The notes under the pieces are model-generated. The model had not been told where the DNA came from. It saw only the letters and a list, made by a program, of their open reading frames with translations, and searched no databases. The position numbers and the translations under genes were made by a program. A DNA stretch of 62,348 nucleotides, filler included, from Sluysia triapertura (lineage: Eukaryota), in assembly GCA_046118255.1 (NCBI GenBank). It is 5 parts of 5 records of this genome, joined end to end, with 100 filler letters (N's around TTAATTAATTAA, not from the genome) between each part and the next. Parts side by side here need not be neighbours in the genome. Positions count along the whole stretch, not along the records: positions 39,722 to 51,153 come from JBJNIA010184823.1; positions 51,254 to 62,348 come from JBJNIA010188954.1; 3 more parts are not named here. One strand, given 5' to 3'. Shown one piece after another: positions 39,722-53,365 of the stretch (position 1 is its first letter; each line of letters begins with the position of its first letter).

Positions 39722-41300
39722 ATTATTAAATATAATTACTTATTAATATAAGTATGATATACATTTCTTTTTTAGTATTTATATATATAAATGTTAATAA
39801 AAAACATTAATTAAATAATTAATAATAATGATAATAATAACTTACTTCTTCTTCGATATATTCTACATTGATTAATATTTGACTATTTGGTATAGTATTA
39901 GTAATAAAATATCCATATTTTAGTAAAATAAACATGATACATATTTTCATTAATACTAATGCTAAACAATAACGACGACATTTTGAATTTAAACCACGTA
40001 CAAACATAGTTTAAAAATGTTACTATTTTTGAAACAATAATTTTATTGGTTAAAAGGATTAATTATTCAAATTTTATAAAACGATTACTAAAATTACATT
40101 TTTAAAATAAATAAATAATTCTAATAATAAAAACAGATCTTAAAAAAATGAATATCAATTTCAATGTTATTTTAGTCAGTTATCTTAGACAGAATCAAGT
40201 TAAAGATTCTATTTGAAGTTATAGAAAATTCGTAAAATTGTATAAAATAAAACTTCTTCTCAGTGTTCTCATTTATTGTAATCGTAAGTGGAAAGATTAT
40301 TCTTAAATGATCCACGAGTTGTAGTAGAATTTAGAAAATAAATTCTCAAAGAAATTTGATAATTGTTTACAATTTTGTATTTCGAATTGAAGTTGATAAT
40401 TATGATATATGTTGTTGAAAGAAAACTTTTAATTGTGGTTTGAGATTACAGATATTATTATACTTTATTAAAACCACAAATAAAATTAATTTACTTTTGT
40501 TAAAAATTGTAATCGAAAATTGATAATTATTTTTACAGTTAAATTAAAAATAAGAACTAAAACTATTTATTTTATAAAAGGCAATTATGCTTATAAATTG
40601 TTTTGTCATTCTTTGAATATGATTCATATTTTTTTCTAAACAAATGTAAACATAATATTCATTAATGTCTTTCTAAAATCAGTTTAAAATAAAAATATTA
40701 TCATTAAATTTATAAGGCTTTTTAACAATTTAAAAGAGTAAATATAAAATTTAAATTTTTATAATATAAAGTCCGAAATAAAAAATAATAGTCACTGACT
40801 ATTATCATTATTGTGATTATGATTATCATTGTATCTATTATTATTATTATTATTATTGATAAAAGTTACATAATTAAAATTATATATAGAAATATTATTA
40901 CTGTAAATAATTTATATGGATGAAAATTTATGTACTTATTAATATTGTATACAGAATTATTATAACATACTAAATTATTGCTGTGAAAAATTTTTATGAT
41001 TAATTACACATACTGTCACATATAGAATTATTACATTTATAAATTATTATTGTAAACAAGTTATTTGAATTACACATAGCATTGTATATAGATTATATTG
41101 AATTATCATGTATGATTAATATTATAGCAAGAAATTAATTAAAGGATATATAAAAAGAACCTAAAAATTGTGATTTACCATAAGTATCTGGTATAACATA
41201 TTAAAGGATTTTGTACGGGTATAAAAATTAGTCGTGACTAATCATTATTATCTGGTATTCGAAGTCAAAACAACAAAGAAAATAAAATTAACTACAAGAT

Positions 41301-41306
<6 letters not shown>

Positions 41307-41346
<40 letters not shown>
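41307..41346. repeat. (AT)n microsatellite
   Basis: Perfect AT run. Confidence 0.95.
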
Positions 41347-41349
<3 letters not shown>

Positions 41350-41784
41350 AGTTACGTGTTACAAAAAGAAATAAATAATTTGTTGAGTTTGTTCTCTTTT
41401 ATATTGTTAAATTGAGAGTAGTACCGCTAAAAAGAACGTTTCGTTAGATAGAATATTTCCATTCCGGACATCTGAACGAGTCTTAGAACTCTGATCCTCT
41501 TATATTAATAAAAGCGCCAAGTGACTAAGAAATCTAGAATGACAATAGATAAGTAAGAACACAGATAAATATTAATAAACATGGAAATATTTATAAGAAT
41601 ATAAGAAAGAGAAAACATCAATTTCTATAAGCATTTGCATTAGAAATCTGTTAACTTAAATTTATACATTTAATTATATTTTTTAATTGTGAAGTGAATT
41701 CAGCGTTTAGATTAAGTTTTGTGAGTTACGATTTTAAAATCTAACACAAATATAAGAATATAAAATCATTTAGGTCGATATAAA

Positions 41785-42215
41785 TCAAAAAAAGATCACT
41801 GGATCGGATGGGACATTAGTACAACTATTGTTGATAATATTAGCAACACTATTACATAGATATTGTATATCTAGTCTGATTCTAAAGGTTGATATTAGAG
41901 ATTTCATTCTACCATAATGATCATTGAAAATTGCTGGATAACCAAGAACATCACTGAATTCGTAAAAATGCGTGGAAATATCTACAGTTCTTGCCATATC
42001 TGTAACATTCGCCAGTTTGGGTTGTTTTATATAAACAAAAAACCATCTTGTAATGTTTTTGAACTTTCGCGCGACAAGTCTGTCCTTAATGATGTTACTT
42101 TATTTGTCACGACAACTGAATCAACTAATTTAAGAACCGTTGGAAATAAACTTATAGAAATTTCTATAACTTGTTCGTCGACTGTTACAATTAATCTATC
42201 TGTTGTGACTTAAAT
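41785..42215 (-). pseudogene. Decayed ORF, weakly BTB-like
   Basis: TDRLIVTVDEQVIEISISLFPTVL.. then frameshift into LANVTDMARTVDISTHFYEF.. Confidence 0.25.
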
Positions 42216-43886
42216 CCAAATTGGTAACAAGAATTTAATAATTAAATTAATTCTAAATTAGTAAAATGGTTACTAATTGTTGATTATCCTCTAAATTTCA
42301 ATATATTCGCAGAATAAATGAAAATTCCAATTTGTATATTAAAATCCTTGAAAATTCAATTAACAAGTACAATTTATCACCAATTTTCTTATTCAACACA
42401 AACATTTTTTAAATTATTTTTAAATTAAAGAAAACCACTCAATGCTATATTAAGTCAAATATATAACATGATTAGGTCTTCAACAATATCAATTAAAATA
42501 TCATTATCCACAGAAATTAAAGTCAGTAGCAATTGTATTTGTGTCTTGTCAAATGACTTTATTTTAACTTAATAACCAAAAAAAACAAATTGTAAAAATA
42601 ATTTGGGCAGGGAGTCTCCCATTATTCAATTAAAATCAACAGCTAAAAGTTAAAAGAATCAAAATTCAATCTTAAAATAATAGTTAAAAGAATAGTTAAA
42701 TAATAGAAATTCGTCTTTATTCTTTAAACACGATCTTTCTTCTTTTTAAAAACGAATATAAATATTTCTTGACATAAAAATTTCCTGATATTAAATTAAT
42801 TGAATTATTTAATTACTTAAATAAATTCTTTTTTCAAATATAAGTAAATGTCTTCTTAAAGATGTTAAAGAAACTCCGTCTTAATAGTGATGTTAAATTG
42901 GTTTTAAATGTGAATTTGATGTTTTTCACTGATGATAATGATTGAGTGTTAAAATATTGTGAAATTGACAAATTTTGAATTAATTTTAAGATGTATTTTT
43001 GAAAGCTTAAGATGTAAATTGTAATTCTGGTGTTGTGAAATTGTGGCTTAAATGTTTTGAATTTAATTTAATGTGCGTTAATGATTTTGATATTGTAAAG
43101 TTGTAAATTTACAATGTTTTGGAATGAGAATAGTTTTAGTGGATCTAAAAAAATAAAATATAGAAAAGGTTTTGATACTTTCTGAAAAGGTAATTGTACA
43201 ATGTTAACTAAAGTAATTTTGATTATAATGTTAAAAAATTATGAGTTAAAATGTTTTAAATGAATTTTTTAACTATACGTTATTAATCTGAAAGTAAATA
43301 TAATTTTAATATTATAAAATTATGAAATAAAAATGTTTTGAAACGTTTAAAATAAGGTTTTAGTGGATGTAAAAGGTAGAATGTAAGATGTTAGGAGATA
43401 ATATTTGTGTGATTTAATAATTTTAATTTTAAATGAGAGGTTATCCACCATAGTAATAAATAAATTTATAAGAAATAACACCTTAGATCCTTTAAATGAG
43501 TTTACTAATGGTATAGGGCCTACAATGTCATAAATTTAGCGATGTACAGAAAGATTTGTGTGATTATATTTTTGAATACGATAGTATTGCATAGACAAAC
43601 GATTGGAATGAAGCTGAGAAAATTAACTGTAGTGTTAAAGAGATTGATAATAGACACACAAAATTGGCAAGAATTTTTAAATGCTTTTACTGAAGAGATA
43701 GCAAGTAAGTATTACGAAAATATGTTTAATTTAGCAGACAAAACCCTATGAAACTGTTTATGAAAACTCATGCGCATAGATATCTGAGGATAAATTTAAA
43801 AATATAAAGACTATAAAGAACCTGAGGGCGTAAGAAATTCATAACTTATGCAAAGTCTGGATGACAATTCAATCTCTTCTCTATGT

Positions 43887-43998
43887 GTCGAATTTGTCCA
43901 ATTATTTGTCGAATTTGTCCAATTATTTGTCGAATTTGTCCAATTATTTGTCCAATTATTTGTCCAATTATTTGTCCAATTATTTGTCCAATTATTTC
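43887..43998. repeat. Compound tandem repeat (21-bp and 12-bp units)
   Basis: GTCGAATTTGTCCAATTATTT x3 followed by GTCCAATTATTT units. Confidence 0.9.
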
Positions 43999-44605
43999 TC
44001 TATTTGTCGAATTTTGTAAATTAAAAATGTTTGTAATTGATGGCTTTTGTGGATTTAAATTTTTGTTAGGAGAATAAACATTAATTTCATTTATTATGGA
44101 TGACATAATTGAGCCATTTTCGTGGATGGTATGCAAAAAAATGATTATAAACATGTCAACAAATAAAACACAATTTGGAATAAGAATAGAGAATAAAATA
44201 TTAATCAAACTTAGTTATACTGTATAGAAAATTGAATGGTGTGGTGTCACAACCGTACGAATCATTTTGTTGTTAAATTCATCCATTAATAAGCAGACAT
44301 AAGCACAAATACAATTCACTCTAATCTCATCCATATCATAATATCATCATATCTCGCCAAACTTATAAATTCGTACGACTAAATCATTAGCATGCAAAAG
44401 TTTTATTATTTATAAATTAGTTGTAGCATTTCTGGCCGATGTCGCTTTCTTCCTCCTCATTTGCAGCACCTATCAAATTTTAATTTTTCATATGTATATT
44501 AGAAAAGTTTATACTATTTGTGATTTGTTCCAAAATTTAAAATTCCTTTTTTTGAGAATTCGTTATTTTAATATTGAATATGTCTTATAAAAGAAGATTT
44601 TTTGT

Positions 44606-45138
44606 TTGAATTTTCATACTTTTCTAATTTTTTCAAATCTTTCAATATTAGTGAGAATATCAATTTTTATATATGAAAATTTCGAAATCGGTGAAATTAT
44701 TTCACCTGAGATTTTACTTAATTGTTACCCGAAACTTTTTGGTTCGAGATTTGTACAAACTATGCGAGATGTTACTAAATTTTGTTGTAAACCCAACTCA
44801 GTTGATGATAATGATGCACTACAACTTAGCAAGATTTCACATTTCATCGATCCTACAGTATCAGCTGTTCAAATTCGATCCTAACTTTACAAATCACTAC
44901 CGGAAATTGCTACAGAAGTCGATTCATCCAAATACGTGCTACCAAAGCTTATCCTTATTCTCTATGTGCCACAACTATTTTAAATAGTGCTTACAAACTC
45001 ACAAGATTTGAACTTCATGATGAGCAAATTTTCTGAGATAGAATTGAAGAGTTACATTCTTCCAATGGCGAATCAAGCTCTTGAAATCTACAATAGACAA
45101 ACCGTGCTTAAAGATTCTGCCAAATGTAGCTCAGTTTA
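44606..45138 (+). pseudogene. Decayed ~175-codon ORF, unknown
   Basis: 92-aa ORF frame continues through two TAA stops: ..VQIRS*LYKSLPEIATEVDSSKYVLPK..F*IVLTNSQDLNFMMSKFSEIELKSYILPMANQALEIYNRQ.. Confidence 0.4.
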
Positions 45139-45770
45139 GGGCATTCAACGTTTTAAAAATTGAAATATTTGTACGTTTTAACGTAATCTGCTTAAATTGC
45201 CAATTTACTAAGATGAAAGTGTCTTGTTTAATGTGTACGTAAACTGTCAGAGTGCAAAATTAAGTGATTCGTATTTGAAGTGTGGTGTCACTCCTATCTT
45301 AACAATTTCGTCACCCTCAAAATTTATAAAATTTCATATTCAACCTATTCACTTCAAAGTTACTTTTCTACATTAACATAAACTATAAATCGTGCTCTTC
45401 AAACTCCAAACCTCACACTAAAATCATTTTTATCAACATCGAAGTTCTTTCCCTTCTGATTATCATCCACACCACCATTATCATCAGACTCAATGTTGTC
45501 ATTACTATTTTATAATTTTTATTATTTTTGTTTATATCTTTGCGATGGCATTAATTTGTGGAAAAATGACCAACGACTGCCAAATATTTGAATTATCTTT
45601 TTTCAATCAAGGAAAATTTGTCATTTAACGAAGGCTTTAAAAGCATAATATATATATTTTTCCTTGCATCGTTATTATCATCGAATAATATTCATTATAT
45701 GTAATTTTTTAATTATAAGCTATATAATTTTACAAAATTTGAATCATTTTAAATCTGACTATCGAATCAA

Positions 45771-46388
45771 ATGACCGATGAAGTTGAAGGTAAGATAAAT
45801 CATTTAGAATTTACTGCAGTATATCTTAAAGAAAAGTTTACTCAAAATTTGCCAGCAGATTTAACCACTGGTGTTTTAAAGAAGTTATTAGAATGAAAAT
45901 TAAATGTTCCCTTGCTAAATCATAAATTAATCTTACGTGGGATACTAGCTGATAATGTTACTCTACGTGAATTAAAGTCAACGAAACCTTGTAAAGCAAT
46001 TCTTGCTGGTTTATCTCAAAATGAAACTGAACGTATATTTAAAATGGAAGCTGATGTTGAAGCTGTTTTGTCTGCTCATTGGGATAAACTAATTAAAAAT
46101 ATTATGATATTTGAGACACGTCATATGAATACAAATGTAAATAAAGCATTTACTTTTGACGTTATTATGATATATCATGCTAAGGTAATTAAGACAGAAA
46201 CCTTCGATTATGGAGCTCTGCAAACGCAGATTAATCTTCGAGACGCGCAACTTTATGTTCTTGTCGAAGTTCTTGCCAGTAAGACTTTTATCGATTCAAA
46301 TTTTAATTTTTCATCAACGACTGATGTCATACTTTTTATGGATTATTATTATTTTTATGAAAACTTAACATCTGTGCGAAATAGATAA
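45771..46388 (+). pseudogene. Intronless ubiquitin-like (UBFD1-type UBL) domain gene with unrelated C-terminus; one internal TGA
   Basis: MTDEVEGKINHLEFTAVYLKEKFTQNLPADLTTGVLKKLLE*KLNVPLLNHKLILRGILADNVTLRELKSTKPCKAILAG, in frame with the 158-aa ORF. Confidence 0.7.
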
Positions 46389-48336
46389 ACCGAGTCTTTA
46401 TTTTGTTTTATATTCTTTAATTAAAAAGTTCATTTTTGGCCTTAAACCTATGTTTTGTTTTGAATCTCAAACATTCGGTACGGACCTTAAGTCCAAGCTT
46501 TTTAAATTAATTTTAATTAATTTGATCAATATATTTTTTAAATTATTATCATTTTATGTTAAGCACCTTCTAGTTATTGATTTTTTAACACAAACTTTCC
46601 AATATGATGCCACTCGACCATTGCAGGAAGAAGTACTAGAAGCACTGTTTCAGTGTCTTTATAACATTTTTATTATTCCGCAATATTTGAATGTTCTTCG
46701 ATTATTAGTTTTTTTTACTGTTATAATTGTTTCGACACTTATTTGATTAATAATTATTTAAATGATTCTTGCCCTAATGATTTAATGCAGGACCTTAAGT
46801 CCTTCTTTTTTGCAATTCGAATTTAAATTTAATTTTCAATTTTCTTAAAATTTTCCGCCCAACGGCCATTATAAATTGCACGGCTTTAACAGTGATAGTG
46901 AAGACTTTACTACAAGTTCTGTTGGCTTATATAGATACTTAGCTGTATAACGTTCTGGTAAAAAAATGAAAATAATAATGATGAAAATAAAACAATAAAA
47001 ACGATGTTAATTATTACCATGATTAATTACGCCATTATCTACGATTGTTATTTGCCTAATGTTTGAATTGAGTGTAAGTGAAGAAAAGTGCAAAGTAAGA
47101 GTGAGACGTGTTATTGTTATTAATAATTTGTTAAGAATTAAAACTCGATATTGTTATAACGTGTTATGATGGATGCATTTAATGTAATTTTATTAATTGT
47201 TTACTTAATTTGTGAAGATTGCTTAAGTGGGTTATTTCTGTTTTATATGGATGGATAGCGCAGAGCGCATGGGTCAAGTATCGATGTATATGGTGTAATT
47301 TGTTAAGTAATCAATGTCGGTGTTACGAGTATCAGTTTCTGTAGAAGAAAGTGATTAAGATTGTTGGAATTTTGGAATTTTATGCTGATCGAATATTGGT
47401 TGCACCCTAAATGTTTTGGTCTTTGTTGAAGTGAAAACCCTTACATAATAAGTCTGTGCAAAAGAAATGCATTAACTTTTATAGAAATTGTGGGATCTGG
47501 ATTTATTTTTGTGTTGAATAATGTATTGATTTGTATTTGTTCTTTAAATGTGGCTTTGTCTTAGGTTTTGAGTTTAATATCCGTTTTTGTAAAATTATTA
47601 TTCTTAGATGTTGAAGAACGATCCAGGTTTATCGTGAATATTAGTTTGGTGAGAAGAAATATTTGTTTTAACTTATCAATTTAGGTTGAGTTAGCTTGGT
47701 TCTAGTTGAAGTGATTTTTGATGTGCTGTTTTGATTTGGAAATTCTATTGGAGTTCGTAGCGAAATATTCCTTGGTTTTCATTCCAGCGAATTTGATTGA
47801 GATAAACCCTGAAGCAGGATCGTCTAGGATCCGAGCATCACAGGCTTGCGCTTCTGATTACGCAGAATTCGTTTGAAGTCCTCATAGAAGCTTATTTGTT
47901 ATTGTTCTAAGTAGGCATTTTGGGTTGTGTAGTTTTATTTTTATTGACTGCTTTTAATAAGGTTGGCTTTAGAATTTTTGAGTTTGTAGAACTGGAACCA
48001 TAACCTAGGATTTTATTATTTTTATACATAGGTGTAGTTTATGGGTAAGTTTTGCTGTTTTATCCGTTGACACTATAATATGTATAGAGTTTTATTCTTC
48101 AAATATGTAATTTTCTTAGTTTATTAAGTTGTTGAAAACATAAATAACAGTTGTATTTAAAGTTTATAAGATTAATATTTAAACTAGCATCCTGACACCA
48201 ATCATATAGGTGGTTGATGTTCGAGCTCTCATTATTTTTTAATTTTTCGATTAGCTTTATACATATAAGAAAATTTTATTTAAGTTTTTATGATTATAGA
48301 TTAAATTAATATTTTCACGAAAGGTTAATTTAGTTA

Positions 48337-49400
48337 TTAGATATAATTATCTAAGTTTGCATCAAATTCATATGTTGTTTTTACTTCACAAAATTCTCTT
48401 TTATACAAATTGAAATAAAAATAAAGTGCAACTAATTTATAACAGATGAAATTTATAAAGCGTCTTGAATATAAAATTGAATATGGTTTTACCTTCAAAC
48501 ATATTAAAGTACATACGCTACAACGTTTAATTAAGACAAATGAAGAACAATAAATCAATATTTCGTAGTTATAAAAATGCATTAATAAAAGTGAAATATA
48601 AAGATATATCTTTAAATAGTTATTAGAACAGTGGACCTTGAACAAAAAGATAATAATAATAATACTAATACTTGAATCGGACAGATTTTGATACAGATGT
48701 TTCGCATTTGTCGATATAACCATTTGGTAACAATGAGTAGATGGAATCGAGTTGACAACGTTTGTTATATTGAAGGATATAGAAGTTTCTTCTGGTTCAT
48801 TGATAATAGTTATCATCTTTTTCTTTTGTAGTTTATTCATTAATAGTATTTGTTCGAGTCTTATCGATATTGCTTGTATCATTGACTATATCTGCTTCAA
48901 ATTCAGTTCGTGATCATTACCTAATTCATCATTGGTTATGCCGATCAGGTCATAATCATTAACATTTTTAAATGACTCTTTAAAATTCTTATGATCTGTC
49001 ATTGTAAATTTTCAATAGTTTCTTTTAAATTCTTAATTTCATTTTGTGATTCGTATTGATTACAGAATCCCATTGATTCTAATTTAGGTTCTAAAAGATC
49101 ATTTAGTAAATAAGATGAATGAAATGATTGATAACTAAAAGAGATATTGATTGACCTATCGGTTGCATATGATTTTGAATAATGTAGACTGTCACAAACA
49201 TAACTAGCAAGGTAATCTGTTGTATATATATGTTTGGATTACAAGCTGATTTATAGAATTTCTAGAACCATTTGATCAAAAGCATAACTATAAACAGATT
49301 TTTGTATTTCATTTTCTATCAAATACATACATGGATTGCTTACCAAGATCTTTAATGTAACCTCGAACTATAATACCATCATTTTAGTTTTTGACTTTCC
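48337..49400 (-). pseudogene. Decayed tandem ORFs joined by an ATGA overlap
   Basis: Upstream frame ends ..KETIENLQ-TGA overlapping the ATG at 49002 (MTDHKNF..), which is in frame with the 181-aa ORF across one TAG. Confidence 0.4.
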
Positions 49401-50983
49401 AATAACATTTTTAAATTGTAATAAAAAGTTTTTACTGACAGAAAATTTAGCTCTAAAGTGATAATAACAAATAGAATATCATAATAACATGTATTATAAC
49501 TACCTTTCGATGGAGATACTTTTATTTGATGAATATGGTGAAAATTTATCATTACCGTTAAGTAGAAAATGAATATTTTTAAAAATTGTAATAACTACAA
49601 TAATTGTGTTTTATTTTCATATATCGCTGCGTATGTGTTTCTATCATCAGGAAATATGATATTTCATTGGTTAGCCAATGAAAGTTGCCATTAAAATTAC
49701 AAAACTAGCTTTATTGGCTATTTGACAGCTCACATAATTAATAACATAAATAATAAAAATAATAATCAATAATGATAATAAAAATGCAAAATATGGACAA
49801 TAATAATAATAATAATAATAATAAAAATATAATAAAATAAATAACAACTAAAATTCTCTACATAAATATCTTTATTCTTTTTCTGAAAAACGAGCTTGAG
49901 GTATTAAATCTATTTTTTTGAAACGCTCATATGATTTTCTTCTAACGTTTTAAGGTGACCAATTGTTTGTTTGAAGAACAAAGATGTTCGAGCAACCATA
50001 GTCATATCTAGTGGACAATCAACATGTAAAAGACGATCTTCATGTTCAAAGTTAGAAACTGAAGAGATACATAAAATAAAAGATAAAATAGATTTATGAA
50101 GGAGTGTCATAAGAGAGTATTACATAGATAGAGGTATAAAAAGAAATTCCATTTAGTTTATTGTTTTAAAATAAATTTAAAATGCAAATTAGTGATTTTT
50201 GATGTTATTTATGGTTTTAATGTTGTAAATTTGTGTGTTGTAATGTTAATTAAAATTTTGAATGATAAGATTGGCCACCACAATAAGTTCCATCATATGC
50301 CTTAGGTAGATTTAAATCCTTTGCTTTCTTAGAACTGTAGTACGTTTCTTCATCACAATCTAGTTTTACATCATCACTTTCAAATCAACTCGACATCGAT
50401 TTATATTACTGCAATCGTATTTAATTATTTTATGAGTGGTATGTATAGATCGACAGTTCGTATCATGAATAATTACACAATCACTGACAGAAGAAGAAAC
50501 TCTAGAAACCTAACGATATACAAAATTAAAGTCATTGAAATTTTTAATAGGATAAAATTGATTAAATTATTAAATATTTTCAGATTCCGCTTAGTCATTT
50601 TATCTATGTATTAACACTTTTTTTGTATACACACAGTTGATTGGATAAAAAATACAAGCATGCATATAATAATCAATCAAGCCGAGTAGTGATAAAACGT
50701 TTTGTCATCATCAGACCGAGCTACAAAATGACGTTCTTCAGCTTCAATGATGTATTTTCTGTTTTCATCCACTTTAGATTTAGTTTTTTAACTTCTGGTT
50801 CTGTTTCTTAAACTGACATACTTGAACATGCATCTCAAAGATCTGTTTAAAACTTTAATTAGATTGATGCTGTGAACCGTAATTAGATCCGACTCGAGAT
50901 TGATTGCTCATTTGAATTCAGTTAAAAACGAATCCGCTGGCAGTAGAAATATTGGCATTTTGTTGTAGCAGTTTGAACTAGAA

Positions 50984-51153
50984 CAGTGATGGCGAACCTA
51001 TGACCCACGGGTCAGACACTGACCCACGCAAAGATTTCAAGTGACCCACAAGTTGTTTTATTTTTGATAACACAGCGAAAATTGAAAATATTATATTAAA
51101 CGTGCCGGATTCTTTACCAAGTAATTTTACATCAATGAAAATAATAGCTAATG
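50984..51153 (+). mobile_element. hAT (Buster/Charlie-type) terminus at contig end
   Basis: AACTAGAA|CAGTGATGGCGAACCTATGACCCACG with subterminal TGACCCAC repeats. Confidence 0.8.
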
Positions 51154-51253
51154 NNNNNNNNNNNNNNNNNNNNNNNNNNNNNNNNNNNNNNNNNNNNTTA
51201 ATTAATTAANNNNNNNNNNNNNNNNNNNNNNNNNNNNNNNNNNNNNNNNNNNN
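51154..51253. other. Artificial contig spacer
   Basis: N44-TTAATTAATTAA-N44. Confidence 0.99.
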
Positions 51254-51328
51254 ACTAAAATTCGGCGGCACATTTTTAGAATTTCGCGGCACACAAAAGT
51301 GCCGCGGCACATTGGTTGAGAATCACTG
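51254..51328 (-). mobile_element. hAT (Buster/Charlie-type) terminus at contig start, different family
   Basis: rc CAGTGATTCTCAACCAATGTGCCGCGGCAC, with GCGGCAC subterminal repeats and flank ATTTAGTA. Confidence 0.8.
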
Positions 51329-52155
51329 ATTTAGTAGATCGAAAATATATATATAATAAATCTATACATAAATGTAACCTATTTGGAATGTTAAATTATC
51401 TGTTAATATAATGAAACAACATTATTGATTCAATGAACGGCCTTTTCATATTAGATTAATCTACTTTTTATATTGTGCTGTAGATTTTATGGGCATTTAA
51501 ATTGAATAAGTGAGCTCTGCATTCAGTAATATAATAATATTAATTATTCTATTTTCTTGTTTATAGAAAAAACGATATTGTTTAATAAGTGGGTTGACAT
51601 AAAATCAATAAGTTGTTATACTAATAAAATAAGTTCAAATCTGACTACAAATTCCAAAACATCGTCTATTAGTTCATTATATCCATTTTTGTGTACGTGC
51701 AGGGTGTGCAAACAAAAACAAAACAAACAAATTTTTTTCTAAAAACATTGTTTTTCTTATCAATGATGTTTTGATATATAAAAAATCAATATATATTTTT
51801 GTTTGTGTTGCATAGTTACGCCCTACTATGAAATGAAGCAACAATTGAGTATGAAGAGAAATACAGTTAATTGAGCATTTTGATTTTGTCTGTGATGCTT
51901 TATATTTATAAATGTTTCTTTACACCATGCATTTAATTGTAGAAAATGTAAACATTAAAAACATTCAAGAGTAAAAATTATTTTTATTTTTATGTAACTT
52001 GTACTTTTAGCAACTTTAAACACAAACACTGCTCAAAAATTGCGCGTGCGTGTTTTATTTAAACATTAATTTGAATATAATGCGCTATGAATTTTAGTGA
52101 AAGCACAACAGCTGGGAAAACATTTTGTGTGATACTTTTATTATTATTGTTATTA

Positions 52156-52200
<45 letters not shown>

Positions 52201-52214
52201 GTTGTTCCGATTAG

Positions 52215-52359
52215 GATTCAAAATCCTTTGGATCGACCATCATTTTGTGATATAAAAGCAAAGCTAGATTTATACTTTGAAGATATTGCTAGAATGAGCG
52301 ACGATACTTATCTAGATCTTCAAAAATCATGGACCGAATTTGTCGATCGTGAATATCGG
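52215..52359 (+). CDS. Receptor-tyrosine-kinase-like gene, kinase C-terminal exon
   Basis: AG|G-IQNPLDRPSFCDIKAKLDLYFEDIARMSDDTYLDLQ..EYR|GT: subdomain XI (W)..P..RPSF..I...L plus a YLDL tail; possible last exon 52621-52662 (GKIDISKGWLYIK*). Confidence 0.75.
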
Positions 52360-53169
52360 GTTTGTTATATTGATTTTTATTTTCGAAGTATGCCCGAGTT
52401 TATAACATATAATAAAAATAAATATTTTTGTAAATATTTTAGCGAATTTTATTTATTATATTTTTTGGGATTTTGTATTTCTATGTTGAGATAGCCATAA
52501 TATAATTTTCAAAATGTATTGTTTTAACACTTGTTTAGAAAAATTCAATGTATATTTATATTTAATGTTTATTTTGTTTGTAAAAATTGATTTTGTTTGT
52601 TTTCTTAACTACAGTTATAGGGCAAAATAGATATTAGCAAGGGCTGGTTATACATTAAATGACTACTTTAGTAATTATTTTTACTCTGTAATAATTAGAG
52701 TGTTTTATTCTTGCCATCTATAGCGCAATGTAATCTACTCCAAATTATATTTTTGGTAAATTTATTATTTCAAATATTTCACTAATACTTTTCGAATTTA
52801 ATTGAATATAATTAATAACAAAGAACTCAAAAATAATATAAGGTAAATTATAATAATAATTAAAATTTAAAGTATAAGTATTATAATTAATAATAATAAA
52901 ACCTTTTCAGGTCTTTAATTTTGAATATCCCTAATTAAATCGGGATGGGAAAATAAATTACAAAGAAATTTTGAGTAAGATTTTATTATTTTGACTGCTA
53001 CAGCCAAAACGAACTTACCGAAAAATAACTAATAATTAAGAATAATCCAAAGTCCTAGAGATGTATCGGAGTATGAATTGGGTAATTGACCTGATCGGAT
53101 GTCTTGAAGAATAAATTTAAATCGAAGAAATAGCAAAATTTTTTTAAATGATGAATGACTAATTTTTGT

Positions 53170-53365
53170 TATGTAAACTGAACTGATGCTAGTCATCAGC
53201 CAATCAAAATCAATGGAAATTTCTTGAAAATTATAGAATATTCACGAATTTACGACTTCTTTTTTAGAAAATTATTTTCTTTTTTGGAAATTAACAATTT
53301 TAAATGGTTTCTTTTATGAAATTTGATAATTTTAGGTGGTTGTCACGACAACTTAACAAAATTTA
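53170..53365 (-). repeat. Dispersed promoter/LTR-like repeat, homolog of 9135-9335
   Basis: rc TTGTTAAGTTGTCGTGACAACC..CCATTGATTTTGATTGGCTGATGACTAG. Confidence 0.6.

Noticed and set aside
43846-44208. CxxC-repeat (CRICPII) or QIIG-repeat proteins
   Set aside because: Both ORFs are by-products of a stop-free DNA tandem repeat
49270-49300. YSYAFD hexapeptide shared with the GWLKG protein
   Set aside because: No flanking similarity; probably chance
50984-51328. Single hAT element spanning the gap
   Set aside because: TIRs and flanking 8-mers differ, and the spacer is artificial
52087-52494. 135-aa membrane protein (also 33955-34143 and 12430-12720)
   Set aside because: Hydrophobic runs come from (TTA)n intronic microsatellites or antisense reading; only the embedded exons are supported
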